Source: a virus (lineage: Duplodnaviria > Caudoviricetes). From it: a stretch of DNA of 64,000 bases. Location: the IMG/VR virus record IMGVR_UViG_3300030372_003954, positions 7,211-71,210 of that record. One strand, written 5' to 3'. Positions 28,981 through 37,615 of this stretch are shown here, one piece after another. Under the pieces are notes generated by a model that was not told the origin of the DNA, did no database searches, and saw only the letters and a program-made list of their open reading frames with translations. The position numbers were made by a program, and so were the translations under genes. Within the stretch, counting starts at the first letter, position 1. Each line of letters begins with the position of its first letter.

Positions 28981-29056
28981 TGGGGTGTGGTCCAATTGGA
29001 AGGACGCCCGACTGTTACTCGGGAAGGTGGTGGTTCGAGTCCACCCACCCCAGCCA
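28981..29056 (+). tRNA. tRNA-Asn(GTT)
   Basis: Acceptor TGGGGTG/CACCCCA, D stem GTCC/GGAC, anticodon stem CCCGA/TCGGG with GTT, T arm GGTGG-TTCGAGT-CCACC, G73 and encoded CCA. Confidence 0.95.
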
Positions 29057-29061
29057 GACGT

Positions 29062-29096
29062 AAAACGGCCCCGGTGGACCGACTCTACCGGGGCCG
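29062..29096 (-). terminator. Intrinsic terminator for the leftward early transcript
   Basis: 10-bp stem CGGCCCCGGT/ACCGGGGCCG with TTTT on the minus strand. Confidence 0.65.
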
Positions 29097-29160
29097 CAAC
29101 TGTCAAAGTTGGAGGCAACCAACGACTGACTTGTTTATTTTAACCAAGTTTAGATTTGGT

Positions 29161-29469
29161 TCAATGCTTTTCAATTAAATAAGGGTTTGTTTCGAGTGGC
29201 TCATCAGGTCTGCCTGGTATCCAACCGCGCCGCATGCCACCGTTTTTCGTAGGCCACCTACCGTAAACCATTCCCGACTGATTTGCTTTGTTTCTCAAGC
29301 CTCTCCTGGGAGAAACAATCTCCATAATCGGAGCACCTGTATTCGTAAAGGCTACAACAGAAAGCCTGTCGCCTATAAAGATTTCATAGGAAGCGACGAT
29401 ACTGGAGAGCTTAGGATCCTCTCTCCAGTTTGCCCAATACTTATGCCTCTTCCTTCTCTTCAACCTCAA
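29161..29469 (-). CDS. Hypothetical protein, start uncertain
   Basis: Last ORF before the terminator; basic; no clear RBS. Confidence 0.35.
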   Translation of the reverse strand: MRLKRRKRHKYWANWREDPKLSSIVASYEIFIGDRLSVVAFTNTGAPIMEIVSPRRGLRNKANQSGMVYGRWPTKNGGMRRGWIPGRPDEPLETNPYLIEKH

Positions 29470-29725
29470 AGGTCACCTCCCCATCTGGCCACAAACCGAT
29501 AGCAATTGATGGGCCTCCGCTCAGCTTGATGCTTTGTGCCCACTGGTGCAGGGCAGGGATTGGAGCAGACCTCCAGCTTTTCCTGTCTGAGGGCAGGAGA
29601 TAGGTGCGAATCGTAACCGGATGGAAGTCTGTCTTCCTTGCAAACTCGGCCATTGACTTGCATTCGGAAAGTCTATAAAACTTTTGAGCGGGTGTTTCTC
29701 TTGGTTTAGGTGTAGGTCTTGACAT
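29441..29725 (-). CDS. Putative HTH DNA-binding protein
   Basis: SMAEFARKTDFHPVTIRTYL; start trimmed to the ATG at 29725. Confidence 0.6.
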   Translation of the reverse strand: MSRPTPKPRETPAQKFYRLSECKSMAEFARKTDFHPVTIRTYLLPSDRKSWRSAPIPALHQWAQSIKLSGGPSIAIGLWPDGEVTFEVEEKEEA

Positions 29726-29969
29726 GGTAGTTTCTCTTTTCCCTCGGGTAGATAATGGTGATGTCCCAGAGGATTTAAATGTTGGTGATCGTGTCGTTAT
29801 TGGGGACCGCGTTGCCAAAGTTATTGACCGCGTATGCCCTCACTGCTATCGGTTTGGCCCGCCTTTCCCCGTTCTTTTCGAGATTGCTGGCGGTGATTTC
29901 GAGGGTGTTCGCTGGTGCCCTAAGCATCAGTACCTCACTCCTCGAAGATTTATGTGCGTCAATGATTGA
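29724..29969 (+). CDS. Hypothetical protein with CxxC
   Basis: LNVGDRVVIGDRVAKV..CPHC looks protein-like; start uncertain. Confidence 0.35.
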   Translation: MVVSLFPRVDNGDVPEDLNVGDRVVIGDRVAKVIDRVCPHCYRFGPPFPVLFEIAGGDFEGVRWCPKHQYLTPRRFMCVND

Positions 29970-29992
29970 TTGCCTCCTCGTGTATGCATACA

Positions 29993-30376
29993 CTATACAG
30001 TTTGTCCTTTGTCGCCAAGTGTTGATTTAGCTTTTGCTCCAATGGTTCCGTCTGGTCTGGCGAGTAACCACATCTCATACGGCACTCCTCTCTCTTTCCA
30101 AGACGCAGAAATCTCAATGCACCACTTGTGTACGGCATCGAACGAACCAGAACCTTTGTTCAAGCCAGACAGCAAAGCAACCACACGCACCATTGTGCTG
30201 CTACAATCTGCCGCAAAGTCTTTGAGGACAATGCTATCGCCCACCTCTTGTTGAACCTTGCGCCAGGACAGCCACGTCTGGACTGCGCCATAATGCCAGG
30301 GTGCTGCTGGCACATCTGTTCCGTCAGCGACATTGATCGCTCGGGACTCTGCATTTCTAATAGTGGATCGTCTCAT
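29993..30376 (-). CDS. Hypothetical protein
   Basis: 127-aa ORF with globular-like composition. Confidence 0.5.
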   Translation of the reverse strand: MRRSTIRNAESRAINVADGTDVPAAPWHYGAVQTWLSWRKVQQEVGDSIVLKDFAADCSSTMVRVVALLSGLNKGSGSFDAVHKWCIEISASWKERGVPYEMWLLARPDGTIGAKAKSTLGDKGQTV

Positions 30377-30908
30377 GGGTCGTCGTCTCTGGAAGGGTGA
30401 GCATCAGGATATTGTTAGAGAGATGAAGCTCGACGGCTTCTCTCGTGCGGAAATTACCAGGGCATTGAGAGAGTTCTGTGGGCTGACACAAAAGTCTGCG
30501 ATTGGTTGTTACCTCTCCGTTGTTCCTCGAAGACCATGGCCAATCAAGACTGGTTGGCGCAGGGCATCCGCATCATTCATTGACCAAGCTCTTGACTGGG
30601 ATGACTTTGATGACGAGGTCTTGGAAGACTTGCAGGTCTTGCCGGATGACATCCGTTCATTGTCAGACATGCTCTACAATCAAGATGGACCGTTGTTCCG
30701 TGTTCTTCTTTCGTCATCAGACGCTGCGCTTGCCTATCGTATTTGCAGAAAGACAAGGCGACAGAAGTCGTCTGACTTTGCCAACGTAAGAACGATTGAG
30801 AGAAGAGACACAAAGAAGTCCAGGTCCAGGGCCGTCAAGATTCTTGAGCGATATGCAAAGGCACGAACACAAGAGTCAAGAGGGACCGGCTGGGCACGCA
30901 ACCGTTAG
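30375..30908 (+). CDS. Hypothetical protein, possibly DNA-binding
   Basis: Basic and acidic blocks; GFSRAEITRALREFCGLT; convergent with 30905 gene. Confidence 0.5.
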   Translation: MGRRLWKGEHQDIVREMKLDGFSRAEITRALREFCGLTQKSAIGCYLSVVPRRPWPIKTGWRRASASFIDQALDWDDFDDEVLEDLQVLPDDIRSLSDMLYNQDGPLFRVLLSSSDAALAYRICRKTRRQKSSDFANVRTIERRDTKKSRSRAVKILERYAKARTQESRGTGWARNR

Positions 30909-31303
30909 TTGATAGACATGGGCTTGGGTGGTGAGCATATGCCTGATTCAATCAGGTTCATAGCTGTTCGCCCAAACGATCCTTGCAGTTGCCAAGCAAG
31001 CCCAGTGTCAATCAAGTGTTGCCAAGCACGGATGCGCTCCTCATCACTCCCCTCTACAAAGCCCTCAGCTAAGCCGATGGCATCATGATTTGATAGTCCC
31101 ACAGTTGCCTCCTCTTGGAAACCAGGAATGTTGTTCCCGGTAAGTGTTCGATATGTTTTGTTTTTTTCTATCTCTGCAATCCGAGCAGCCTCTGGTCCAC
31201 TCGACCCGTTAGCCTTTGCTTTCTTCAAAGCACGCATGCCTTCAGCATGCGCCGCCTCCAATGCTTGGCTGTCAATCTGCTGGCGCTCGAACGTCGGGAA
31301 CAT
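30905..31303 (-). CDS. Hypothetical phage protein
   Basis: GAGGAGG RBS; C-terminal AWQHLIDTGLAWQLQGSFGRTA..LIESG motif common in phage early proteins. Confidence 0.7.
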   Translation of the reverse strand: MFPTFERQQIDSQALEAAHAEGMRALKKAKANGSSGPEAARIAEIEKNKTYRTLTGNNIPGFQEEATVGLSNHDAIGLAEGFVEGSDEERIRAWQHLIDTGLAWQLQGSFGRTAMNLIESGICSPPKPMSIN

Positions 31304-31499
31304 CTTTGAGTTCCTCCTCGGTAAAGATGGTTGCACGGATTGCCCAGATAATATCAAGGTTCCGCTGGATGTCTTCATCCAATCGGCTCTTTCCTCTTAG
31401 GAAAGCCACCTGTCTTTGTAGGCCAGTCATTACAGCCAGCCATTGCAAGTTGGTTAGCTCGATGCTGTTCATGTCCTCAAGCTTAAACTCTGTCTTCAT
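31272..31499 (-). CDS. Hypothetical protein
   Basis: GGAGGCGACA-ATG; 75 aa. Confidence 0.65.
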   Translation of the reverse strand: MKTEFKLEDMNSIELTNLQWLAVMTGLQRQVAFLRGKSRLDEDIQRNLDIIWAIRATIFTEEELKDVPDVRAPAD

Positions 31500-31848
31500 T
31501 GTCGCCTCCTTCTGATTCGTACTCTTTTTGCCACTGCTCAAAGATTTTGAAGCAATCAACGCAGCACTGACCGTAGGATGAATCCAAGCCCAGGGAGTGG
31601 ACTTTCTGCACCCCGTACTCACCTACACTCCAGCCTATCCAGTGCGCCCAACTGTATCGGTCGTTCATCGCTGGCAGCCTGCCCGTCTTGCTCATTACCG
31701 CCTCACAGTGCTCACACAAATACGGTTTTACTTTGGGCTCACCCAACAGCAACCTGGCTACCCCTGGGTTTCGGATCGGCCCCATTGAACTCGTCACCTG
31801 TTGAATGACGTAGTCCTGTTGTTCTGGTGTCCTCTTGCGTCGTGGCAT
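31483..31848 (-). CDS. Zinc-finger-like protein
   Basis: CEHC ... CCVDC; GGAGGTGAG RBS. Confidence 0.65.
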   Translation of the reverse strand: MPRRKRTPEQQDYVIQQVTSSMGPIRNPGVARLLLGEPKVKPYLCEHCEAVMSKTGRLPAMNDRYSWAHWIGWSVGEYGVQKVHSLGLDSSYGQCCVDCFKIFEQWQKEYESEGGDNEDRV

Positions 31849-31851
31849 CAC

Positions 31852-32538
31852 TCACCTCCCTGCGGTCAATAGGTCACAGATGTCGCGAAGGGTTTGACGG
31901 ATGTCATCTACCGATGCAACGACTGATTCCCTGAACTCACGAATGCCTGCCATTTCGGTGAGGATCTCGGAGATGTCATCTCGCATATCCTGCACCTCAT
32001 GGCCAATCTGGCTGTAGTTCTCTGCCAACGGCCCACCGGGCTTGGTATCGCTTTCCCGCTGCTCCCGTTGTCTTTTGTTGTACCAAGACTTAAGCGCCCC
32101 TGCCTCTCGATGGTAATCTGAATCGTGCCACAGAATAGTGGCCACCTCCTCCCAAAACTTCATGTTCTTTGGGTTAGTCTTTACGCCAGGGCCAGGGCTC
32201 TTTTCAACTCTGTCCACAGCCCGAAGAATAGCCAGGACCTCATCGTTTGTGTAAGCCTTGTTTGGGCTGCTCTTTTTATCTTTCTTTGCCATGATTGCCT
32301 CCAATCTTTTGTTGTACATAAATTCAACCTCTGACATCTTTTGCTTCATGTCGATGCAATCAATCAAGAAGTCTTCACTCGGTTCGGTCTGTCTTTCCTT
32401 TCTTTGTTTTCGTATATGCTTTTGGTAGTGACTTGAGCACAGGCCCTTCGATCGGTGCGGCTTATTACAGCCCCTCACGCTGCACGTTAGGTGCCTCATG
32501 CTCGGCCTGCCTCGGCCTCGCTTGACTGTCTGTTTCAC
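31852..32538 (-). CDS. Multidomain DNA-binding protein (AT-hook, C3H finger, Myb-like, coiled coil)
   Basis: RGRGRP; CSVRGC...KGLCSSHY; YTNDEVLAIL...WEEVA...L..W; C-terminal heptads. Confidence 0.65.
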   Translation of the reverse strand: MKQTVKRGRGRPSMRHLTCSVRGCNKPHRSKGLCSSHYQKHIRKQRKERQTEPSEDFLIDCIDMKQKMSEVEFMYNKRLEAIMAKKDKKSSPNKAYTNDEVLAILRAVDRVEKSPGPGVKTNPKNMKFWEEVATILWHDSDYHREAGALKSWYNKRQREQRESDTKPGGPLAENYSQIGHEVQDMRDDISEILTEMAGIREFRESVVASVDDIRQTLRDICDLLTAGR

Positions 32539-32759
32539 TACTCCTCCTCACACTGAGTGACCAGACCCCCGTCGCAGGTTCCGCCGTGGTACACCTCGAC
32601 AACCATGGATGGTTCGTCAGCCTCGAACTCGATTGATGAAATCATTTCCTGGGGAGCGCTGTGTAGATGAGCCAGTTCGATAGCCTCCTTCTCCGAGTCG
32701 GCCTGAACCTCCATCACCACAAACACCGTGTGCTCCAGTTCAATATGATAGGTCTTCAT
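32538..32759 (-). CDS. Small acidic early protein
   Basis: V.V.ADSEKEAIELA motif; GAGGTGAG RBS. Confidence 0.7.
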   Translation of the reverse strand: MKTYHIELEHTVFVVMEVQADSEKEAIELAHLHSAPQEMISSIEFEADEPSMVVEVYHGGTCDGGLVTQCEEE

Positions 32760-33079
32760 TACTCACCTCTTTGTTTGTTGTGTTTTGTCCACTTCTGTTG
32801 TGGGTTCCATTCTTCAACGACTTGCTCTTCCATCGACAGTTCATCTTTGTTGAGCAGCGTGACAATCGTTTGCTTGTCAGCCTTAGCAACAGTGCATGCC
32901 TTGATCTGAATGGAGAGGTCATACGCAACCTCTGCCAGCCGAAAGCTCTTGTTGTACTTGCGCTCCTCTTGGACAAAGTCTCGAATCCTCTGGACCGCTC
33001 TTTTTCTGGCTTCAACGTGTGACCTGAAGTACTGGACGTAAGGGTCACAGATGTTCGTCTCAACGCAATAGACTCTCAT
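32759..33079 (-). CDS. Hypothetical protein
   Basis: GGAGGTGAAG RBS; stop/start coupled. Confidence 0.7.
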   Translation of the reverse strand: MRVYCVETNICDPYVQYFRSHVEARKRAVQRIRDFVQEERKYNKSFRLAEVAYDLSIQIKACTVAKADKQTIVTLLNKDELSMEEQVVEEWNPQQKWTKHNKQRGE

Positions 33080-33459
33080 TCTTCACCTCCCTTGTGAGCT
33101 TCTGCCCACCAACATTTTCTTCTCGCCGTTTCCAGCGAGACGGTCTTTAAGGTTTCAAGCTTATAGATTCGCCCGTGGATGTACTGAAAATCCCGGTCCC
33201 AATGCGTCATAAATCCCAAGCCAGGGTCCAAGATTATTCGGTTGTTTACGACGTTCTGAAGGCGGGACCGCATCCGGTTGCGGTCTTTCAAAACACAGGG
33301 GATTTTTACATGCCCGAACTTATACAGGGCAATGAAGATTCCTTGGGAATACCAGCTAACGCGCTTCCAGTGCTCGAATCCAGGCTGCTCGTGCAGCCTG
33401 AACCTCGTAGGTTTGTGCATATCAATCACTGGACAAACACCAACTCGATGGGCTGCCAT
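33076..33459 (-). CDS. Hypothetical protein
   Basis: GGAGGTGAG-TGATG coupling. Confidence 0.7.
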   Translation of the reverse strand: MAAHRVGVCPVIDMHKPTRFRLHEQPGFEHWKRVSWYSQGIFIALYKFGHVKIPCVLKDRNRMRSRLQNVVNNRIILDPGLGFMTHWDRDFQYIHGRIYKLETLKTVSLETARRKCWWAEAHKGGEE

Positions 33460-33998
33460 CACTCACCTCCTTCTTTGCGTGGTTGGAGCTTACGCTCGGG
33501 TGGCGCAGGGGGAGTAGGAAACAAGGCCGCAGCCTCGGATCGAGTCAACTCACGTTGCTCGACTACCAAGCCCTCGCTCTGAACCTTGACCACACCCTTG
33601 GCGTGGATGGGTGGAAGCGAATCTGCCACAAGCTTCTGCACCGTGGTGACTGCCTCAGTCAGTCCACACTCCTGCATGAGGAGCTTGGCTGCATCCTTCT
33701 CCATCTCGTGAGCCTCACGAAACAGCTTGGTAAGGGTACGCACCGAGGACTGCTTGGTGTAGCCTGCATGCTTGAGCAGCAAGGCAATGACCACGGTGTA
33801 GGGGATACGGCTCGTACCCCTGCGGCTGTAGTCCTCAGCCACGTCAACCTGAAGGTTGCCATGGATAAGCACTGGCACGTCATAGCTACCAGGCTCCAGC
33901 TTGGAGCGAGCAGCCTTGAACGTCTTGTCGTTGATAAGTTTACCGAGCGCCACAATAAGCGCATCAGTCATGTCTTCAGGGGAAATAGTTTGTCCCAT
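33459..33998 (-). CDS. Hypothetical protein
   Basis: Start trimmed to MGQTIS after GGAGGCAAC. Confidence 0.7.
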   Translation of the reverse strand: MGQTISPEDMTDALIVALGKLINDKTFKAARSKLEPGSYDVPVLIHGNLQVDVAEDYSRRGTSRIPYTVVIALLLKHAGYTKQSSVRTLTKLFREAHEMEKDAAKLLMQECGLTEAVTTVQKLVADSLPPIHAKGVVKVQSEGLVVEQRELTRSEAAALFPTPPAPPERKLQPRKEGGE

Positions 33999-34046
33999 GT
34001 TTGTTGCCTCCATGGCTACATGGTAACCATATTGTTTATGTTCAGT

Positions 34047-34072
34047 TGTCATCAAATGTCACAGCATGTCAC
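34047..34072. promoter_or_regulatory. Triple TGTCAY box with 10-bp period
   Basis: TGTCAT 34047, TGTCAC 34057, TGTCAC 34067. Confidence 0.7.
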
Positions 34073-34533
34073 ACCATGCTGTCTTCTACGATCATCGGTT
34101 CTGTTTTCTCCTCCATCATGAGTTGTCGGTACATGATAAATGGTTGAAGTTGTATGGTTTTATTCTTTCCTCCGTTGTGATTTATCTGGGTGCATCGAAC
34201 GTCCGGCAGGTTGGTAAGCGGCCCCAGGTTGTCGCAGTTCACATCGAACACATAGTCTGCAAACACATACCGTTCGTTTGAGACTACACCAATGTTGTCT
34301 ACGCTCAACGGTCGCATTCGATCCTGTTGTTGGCAGGACCACACAACCCACCGACTGGCAAGGATTGTTGGACTGGTGAAGCGTGGCTTGATGGATGATT
34401 GGTACAGGTCCACCATGAACCTGAGCAGCATGTCAGCCAAGCTCCTCTCGTCTCCTCCCTGCGGTAGCCAATGGCACACCTTCGCATAGGTTTCTGAACC
34501 CACGTTGAACTGTACCAAGTACACTTTAGTCAT
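34069..34533 (-). CDS. Hypothetical protein
   Basis: 154-aa ORF coupled to the upstream gene. Confidence 0.7.
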   Translation of the reverse strand: MTKVYLVQFNVGSETYAKVCHWLPQGGDERSLADMLLRFMVDLYQSSIKPRFTSPTILASRWVVWSCQQQDRMRPLSVDNIGVVSNERYVFADYVFDVNCDNLGPLTNLPDVRCTQINHNGGKNKTIQLQPFIMYRQLMMEEKTEPMIVEDSMV

Positions 34534-34702
34534 CGCCTTTCGCCTCCCTCATCTCCCGCTGCTTCCGTCGAACAATGGCTTCGATCACTGGCTCGTAAAG
34601 ACTCCTTGCTTTCTCACCAGGCTCCAGCACTTCCTTGGCACACCTCCACTCAATCTTGAATGGTTGGTCCCATGCTGTTGAGTACTTGTTGTCATGGTTC
34701 AT
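34526..34702 (-). CDS. Hypothetical protein (58 aa)
   Basis: ATGA overlap; MNHDNKYSTAWDQ... Confidence 0.6.
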   Translation of the reverse strand: MNHDNKYSTAWDQPFKIEWRCAKEVLEPGEKARSLYEPVIEAIVRRKQREMREAKGDD

Positions 34703-34860
34703 TTGAAACCCCCGTCGTTCATTGATGGGGCCTCTTGCATGGTCTGACTCAACCAATCCATGTAGTCGTTGGTCCGTTCGTAGTTGTCCTGTTGTTCCTT
34801 TGCTTCCTCCCATAGGTCAAGCAATATGCGGAAGGCCTGTCTCATTTGATCGTCAGTCAT
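34699..34860 (-). CDS. Hypothetical protein (53 aa, MTDDQMRQAFRILLDLWEE...)
   Basis: GGAGGTGAG RBS; missed by the ORF track. Confidence 0.65.
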   Translation of the reverse strand: MTDDQMRQAFRILLDLWEEAKEQQDNYERTNDYMDWLSQTMQEAPSMNDGGFK

Positions 34861-35071
34861 CACTCACCTCCCAACGCTCGGCGCTACAGTTCCCGGCGTA
34901 CACCTCCAACAAGTCGGCAGTGTACCCAACCTCAACACAAAGGCTTTCGTGGCGCCCCTCAACCGTGACCAGTTCCTGAGCGCGGTCCATGGCTTCCTCT
35001 GGGGTGTCGGCTTCTACCCTCACCCGGATGTACATTTCAGCCTCAAACTCAACGACGTACTTCGTTCCCAT
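34853..35071 (-). CDS. Small acidic early protein
   Basis: V.VEADTPEEAMDRA motif, similar to 32538..32759. Confidence 0.7.
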   Translation of the reverse strand: MGTKYVVEFEAEMYIRVRVEADTPEEAMDRAQELVTVEGRHESLCVEVGYTADLLEVYAGNCSAERWEVSDD

Positions 35072-35370
35072 CACTCACCCCCTTTGGCTTCGGCCACTGC
35101 TTCGTTTGCAGCCTGAATAATCTCCGAGAGATTGGGTGCCTGGTGTACGTTGTTGGCTTGGAGATCATCGAACCAGTCGGATGTCTTTGACTCCGCCCAC
35201 TCCTGAAGTCTCTCGACCACAGCCAAGAGATTCGGTGCTGATGCAATGAGCCGTGCCTCTGCGTCCGTGCCGTACACGTCAGCTATCATGGGTAGGTAGT
35301 CCCTGGAACGCTTTATGACATGGTGGTTCTCTTGCCTCTTTTCGAGACTCCATGGGTATTTGCCTTTCAT
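35071..35370 (-). CDS. Hypothetical phage protein
   Basis: AEARLIASAPNLL motif; GGAGGCAACC RBS. Confidence 0.75.
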   Translation of the reverse strand: MKGKYPWSLEKRQENHHVIKRSRDYLPMIADVYGTDAEARLIASAPNLLAVVERLQEWAESKTSDWFDDLQANNVHQAPNLSEIIQAANEAVAEAKGGE

Positions 35371-35393
35371 TGGTTGCCTCCTTGGCGTGTTGG

Positions 35394-36149
35394 TTAGATG
35401 TCTAAGTCTTCGATTGAAGCCCGCTTCAGTTCAACGGACCTCCATCCTGATTTCTTCTTGCTCTTGATTGGTTGCCGCAAGTGTCGGTGCTTGGGTCCGT
35501 GGTTGGGGAATCCAATCACTGGCCCAGGTCGAGAGCCGTCACACAACAGACAGTCATTGCAGGTCAAGCTTTTGCCCATGTCCTTTGCCACCATGGCAGG
35601 ACAGACAATCCCCTTGGCCCCTCCTGGCGTTGTGAACTCGCGCTCGGTGTGGGTGGGGGGTAGCACTACCGTTGCCCTGAACCCTGCCTCCAGCGCCTCG
35701 TCAACCTCGCTGATGTCATCGCAAGACGCCATGAACACACCGGCCCACTGCTTGTTCTCTCGCCACATGTGAATGTAGCCGACTGGTGCAAGACCAAAGG
35801 CCTTCACGGCCTTGAGTGCTTTCTGCATGTACTTATCGGTCATTGCAGTCAGGTCACCCGTGCCTGTAAACCGAGCCATCTTTGCAACGCGCTTGCTCTC
35901 CTTCAGTGCTCGCTTCAGGCTGTAGTCCTTGCCTCTCTTGGATGCATTCATGATTGACGAGTGGCCGATTGCTGGCGTGCCGAACTGAGCATAGCAAGTC
36001 TTGTCCTCCAGTTGCTTGCATCCGATGCAGCTTGACAGACTCTCCTCTCGGGTCCGTCCGACGTACATGGTGGGCACTGGCCCGGTCTTCTCGTTGGATG
36101 TGGTCGGTGTCCACATCGCTGCTTTATCAGGTAGTTTCTCTCTATTCAT
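35394..36149 (-). CDS. GP88/DUF7227-like Cys-cluster protein
   Basis: SNEKTG...SCIGC...CYA; RFTGTGD; GYIH.W; VCPA...TCNDCLLC...IGFPNHG; start after GGAGGCAACC. Confidence 0.65.
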   Translation of the reverse strand: MNREKLPDKAAMWTPTTSNEKTGPVPTMYVGRTREESLSSCIGCKQLEDKTCYAQFGTPAIGHSSIMNASKRGKDYSLKRALKESKRVAKMARFTGTGDLTAMTDKYMQKALKAVKAFGLAPVGYIHMWRENKQWAGVFMASCDDISEVDEALEAGFRATVVLPPTHTEREFTTPGGAKGIVCPAMVAKDMGKSLTCNDCLLCDGSRPGPVIGFPNHGPKHRHLRQPIKSKKKSGWRSVELKRASIEDLDI

Positions 36150-36169
36150 TGGTTGCCTCCGTTGAATGG

Positions 36170-36601
36170 TTAGGATTTTTTGTTGGGTCGGTCGAGGTTG
36201 TTGTAGATTACAAACAGGTACACACAAGTCGAATGCCAAGGGGCACGAGGGTCATTGCACTCTGTCCACTTCTCGTAGTACGAACCCCAACGGCTGATGT
36301 CCATGGGCAGGCGCTCCTCGTCACTAAGGGCAGTCCACTCCGGTATGCTGTATCCAACGTCGCCACTCGGAGTTTCAACCCACGTCGTGTGAGCTTTGAA
36401 CTCAAACCCACAAGCCTTGAGTTCTTCGTGCAGTTCTCCGACCACATCCAATTGGGTCTTGTCGTTGAATGAATACCCCTGGTCGCGAACACCAAGTGTA
36501 ATCGTGACGCTTCCGTTGGGGTGAACCATGAGTGAGTAGACCTCAGTCCCAGGGTTCAATAAGCTCGCAATCACTTGCTCAGGTTTCTTCTCAGCTTCCA
36601 T
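36170..36601 (-). CDS. Hypothetical protein
   Basis: Start after GGAGGCAACT; 143 aa. Confidence 0.7.
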   Translation of the reverse strand: MEAEKKPEQVIASLLNPGTEVYSLMVHPNGSVTITLGVRDQGYSFNDKTQLDVVGELHEELKACGFEFKAHTTWVETPSGDVGYSIPEWTALSDEERLPMDISRWGSYYEKWTECNDPRAPWHSTCVYLFVIYNNLDRPNKKS

Positions 36602-36648
36602 AGTTGCCTCCAATGTTATTGTATGTAGCACGGCTACACTTATTGAGT

Positions 36649-36664
36649 TGTCACGATATGTCAC
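36649..36664. promoter_or_regulatory. TGTCAC-N4-TGTCAC box
   Basis: TGTCACgataTGTCAC in a short intergenic gap. Confidence 0.7.
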
Positions 36665-36666
36665 AG

Positions 36667-36912
36667 CTAATCTGTTCGAGTGACTAAGACCGTTCCGTTG
36701 GGGTCAATCACCGTTGTGATTGTCCACCCTGGTGACGGTCTCAGTGTGTCACTGCCTTGCTCTTTTACCCACTTGAGGATCATCACAAGGCACACGTTGC
36801 CGCTGTCATCAGGGACAGGGATAGTCCAGTTGATGACCTCCCTGCCAATGATGACCTCGTTGGCTTTCACAAGACTCTTTCGGACTGCTTCCTGAACTTG
36901 GTTCTCACCCAT
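36667..36912 (-). CDS. Hypothetical protein
   Basis: GAGGTGA RBS; overlaps the upstream stop. Confidence 0.65.
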   Translation of the reverse strand: MGENQVQEAVRKSLVKANEVIIGREVINWTIPVPDDSGNVCLVMILKWVKEQGSDTLRPSPGWTITTVIDPNGTVLVTRTD

Positions 36913-37252
36913 AGATCACCTCACCAAAGCAAGCCTGTTGGATGATAGCGTCCGCAATGTCGGAGCCAACATCGCTTGACTCACCTTTGAGCACCAACTG
37001 ATCGATGGCGCTCATGTAGTAGCCGTTCAATGGTCGCTTCAAGAACAACTCACCGATTGCTCGCTCGACGTCTGAGGGTGTGATGAAGAAGTCTGTAGAC
37101 TCTCTTTCGTCACCGTACTCAGGGTCCGTGAAGTGGCAGCCATCATCCTCTGAGCACATGTAGGATGCCCAGTATTTGATGCCGTAGCCAGCCATCTCAA
37201 TGATGCCGTCGTAGTCATCGCGTTGAAGAATAAAATCAATCTCAAGTCTCAT
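36905..37252 (-). CDS. Acidic hypothetical phage protein
   Basis: C-terminal D.ADAIIQQACFGEVIYG motif; GAGGCAACT RBS. Confidence 0.75.
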   Translation of the reverse strand: MRLEIDFILQRDDYDGIIEMAGYGIKYWASYMCSEDDGCHFTDPEYGDERESTDFFITPSDVERAIGELFLKRPLNGYYMSAIDQLVLKGESSDVGSDIADAIIQQACFGEVIYG

Positions 37253-37261
37253 AGTTGCCTC

Positions 37262-37615
37262 TTAGTTGTTGAGTTGGTTGGGGATTGGTTGAACAAAGAC
37301 AAGGTCGGGGAACTTGATTGCCCAGAAGTCCTCGTCATAGAATCCATAGGGATCAAGCTGCTCGTACTCACGGGCCAGGAAGATTGCTCGTTCCAGGTCC
37401 TTCCTCAAGCAAGCGGTGTATGCCTCACGGAGTAGGGCGATTTCTTCCCTGGTTGCAGGCACCCCGCCGCAGGTTTTCATTAGGTCGTTGGGGTCCAGCT
37501 TCTGCTTGAGCTTCCCTTCGATCCAATACTCAAGCCTTGCAAGTGGTTCGACTTGATACTCTCCGTATGGATCTTGTTCGTCAGATAGCGGATGAAGGTT
37601 GATTACTTCCATCAT
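37262..37615 (-). CDS. Hypothetical protein
   Basis: GAGAGGCAACC RBS. Confidence 0.7.
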   Translation of the reverse strand: MMEVINLHPLSDEQDPYGEYQVEPLARLEYWIEGKLKQKLDPNDLMKTCGGVPATREEIALLREAYTACLRKDLERAIFLAREYEQLDPYGFYDEDFWAIKFPDLVFVQPIPNQLNN

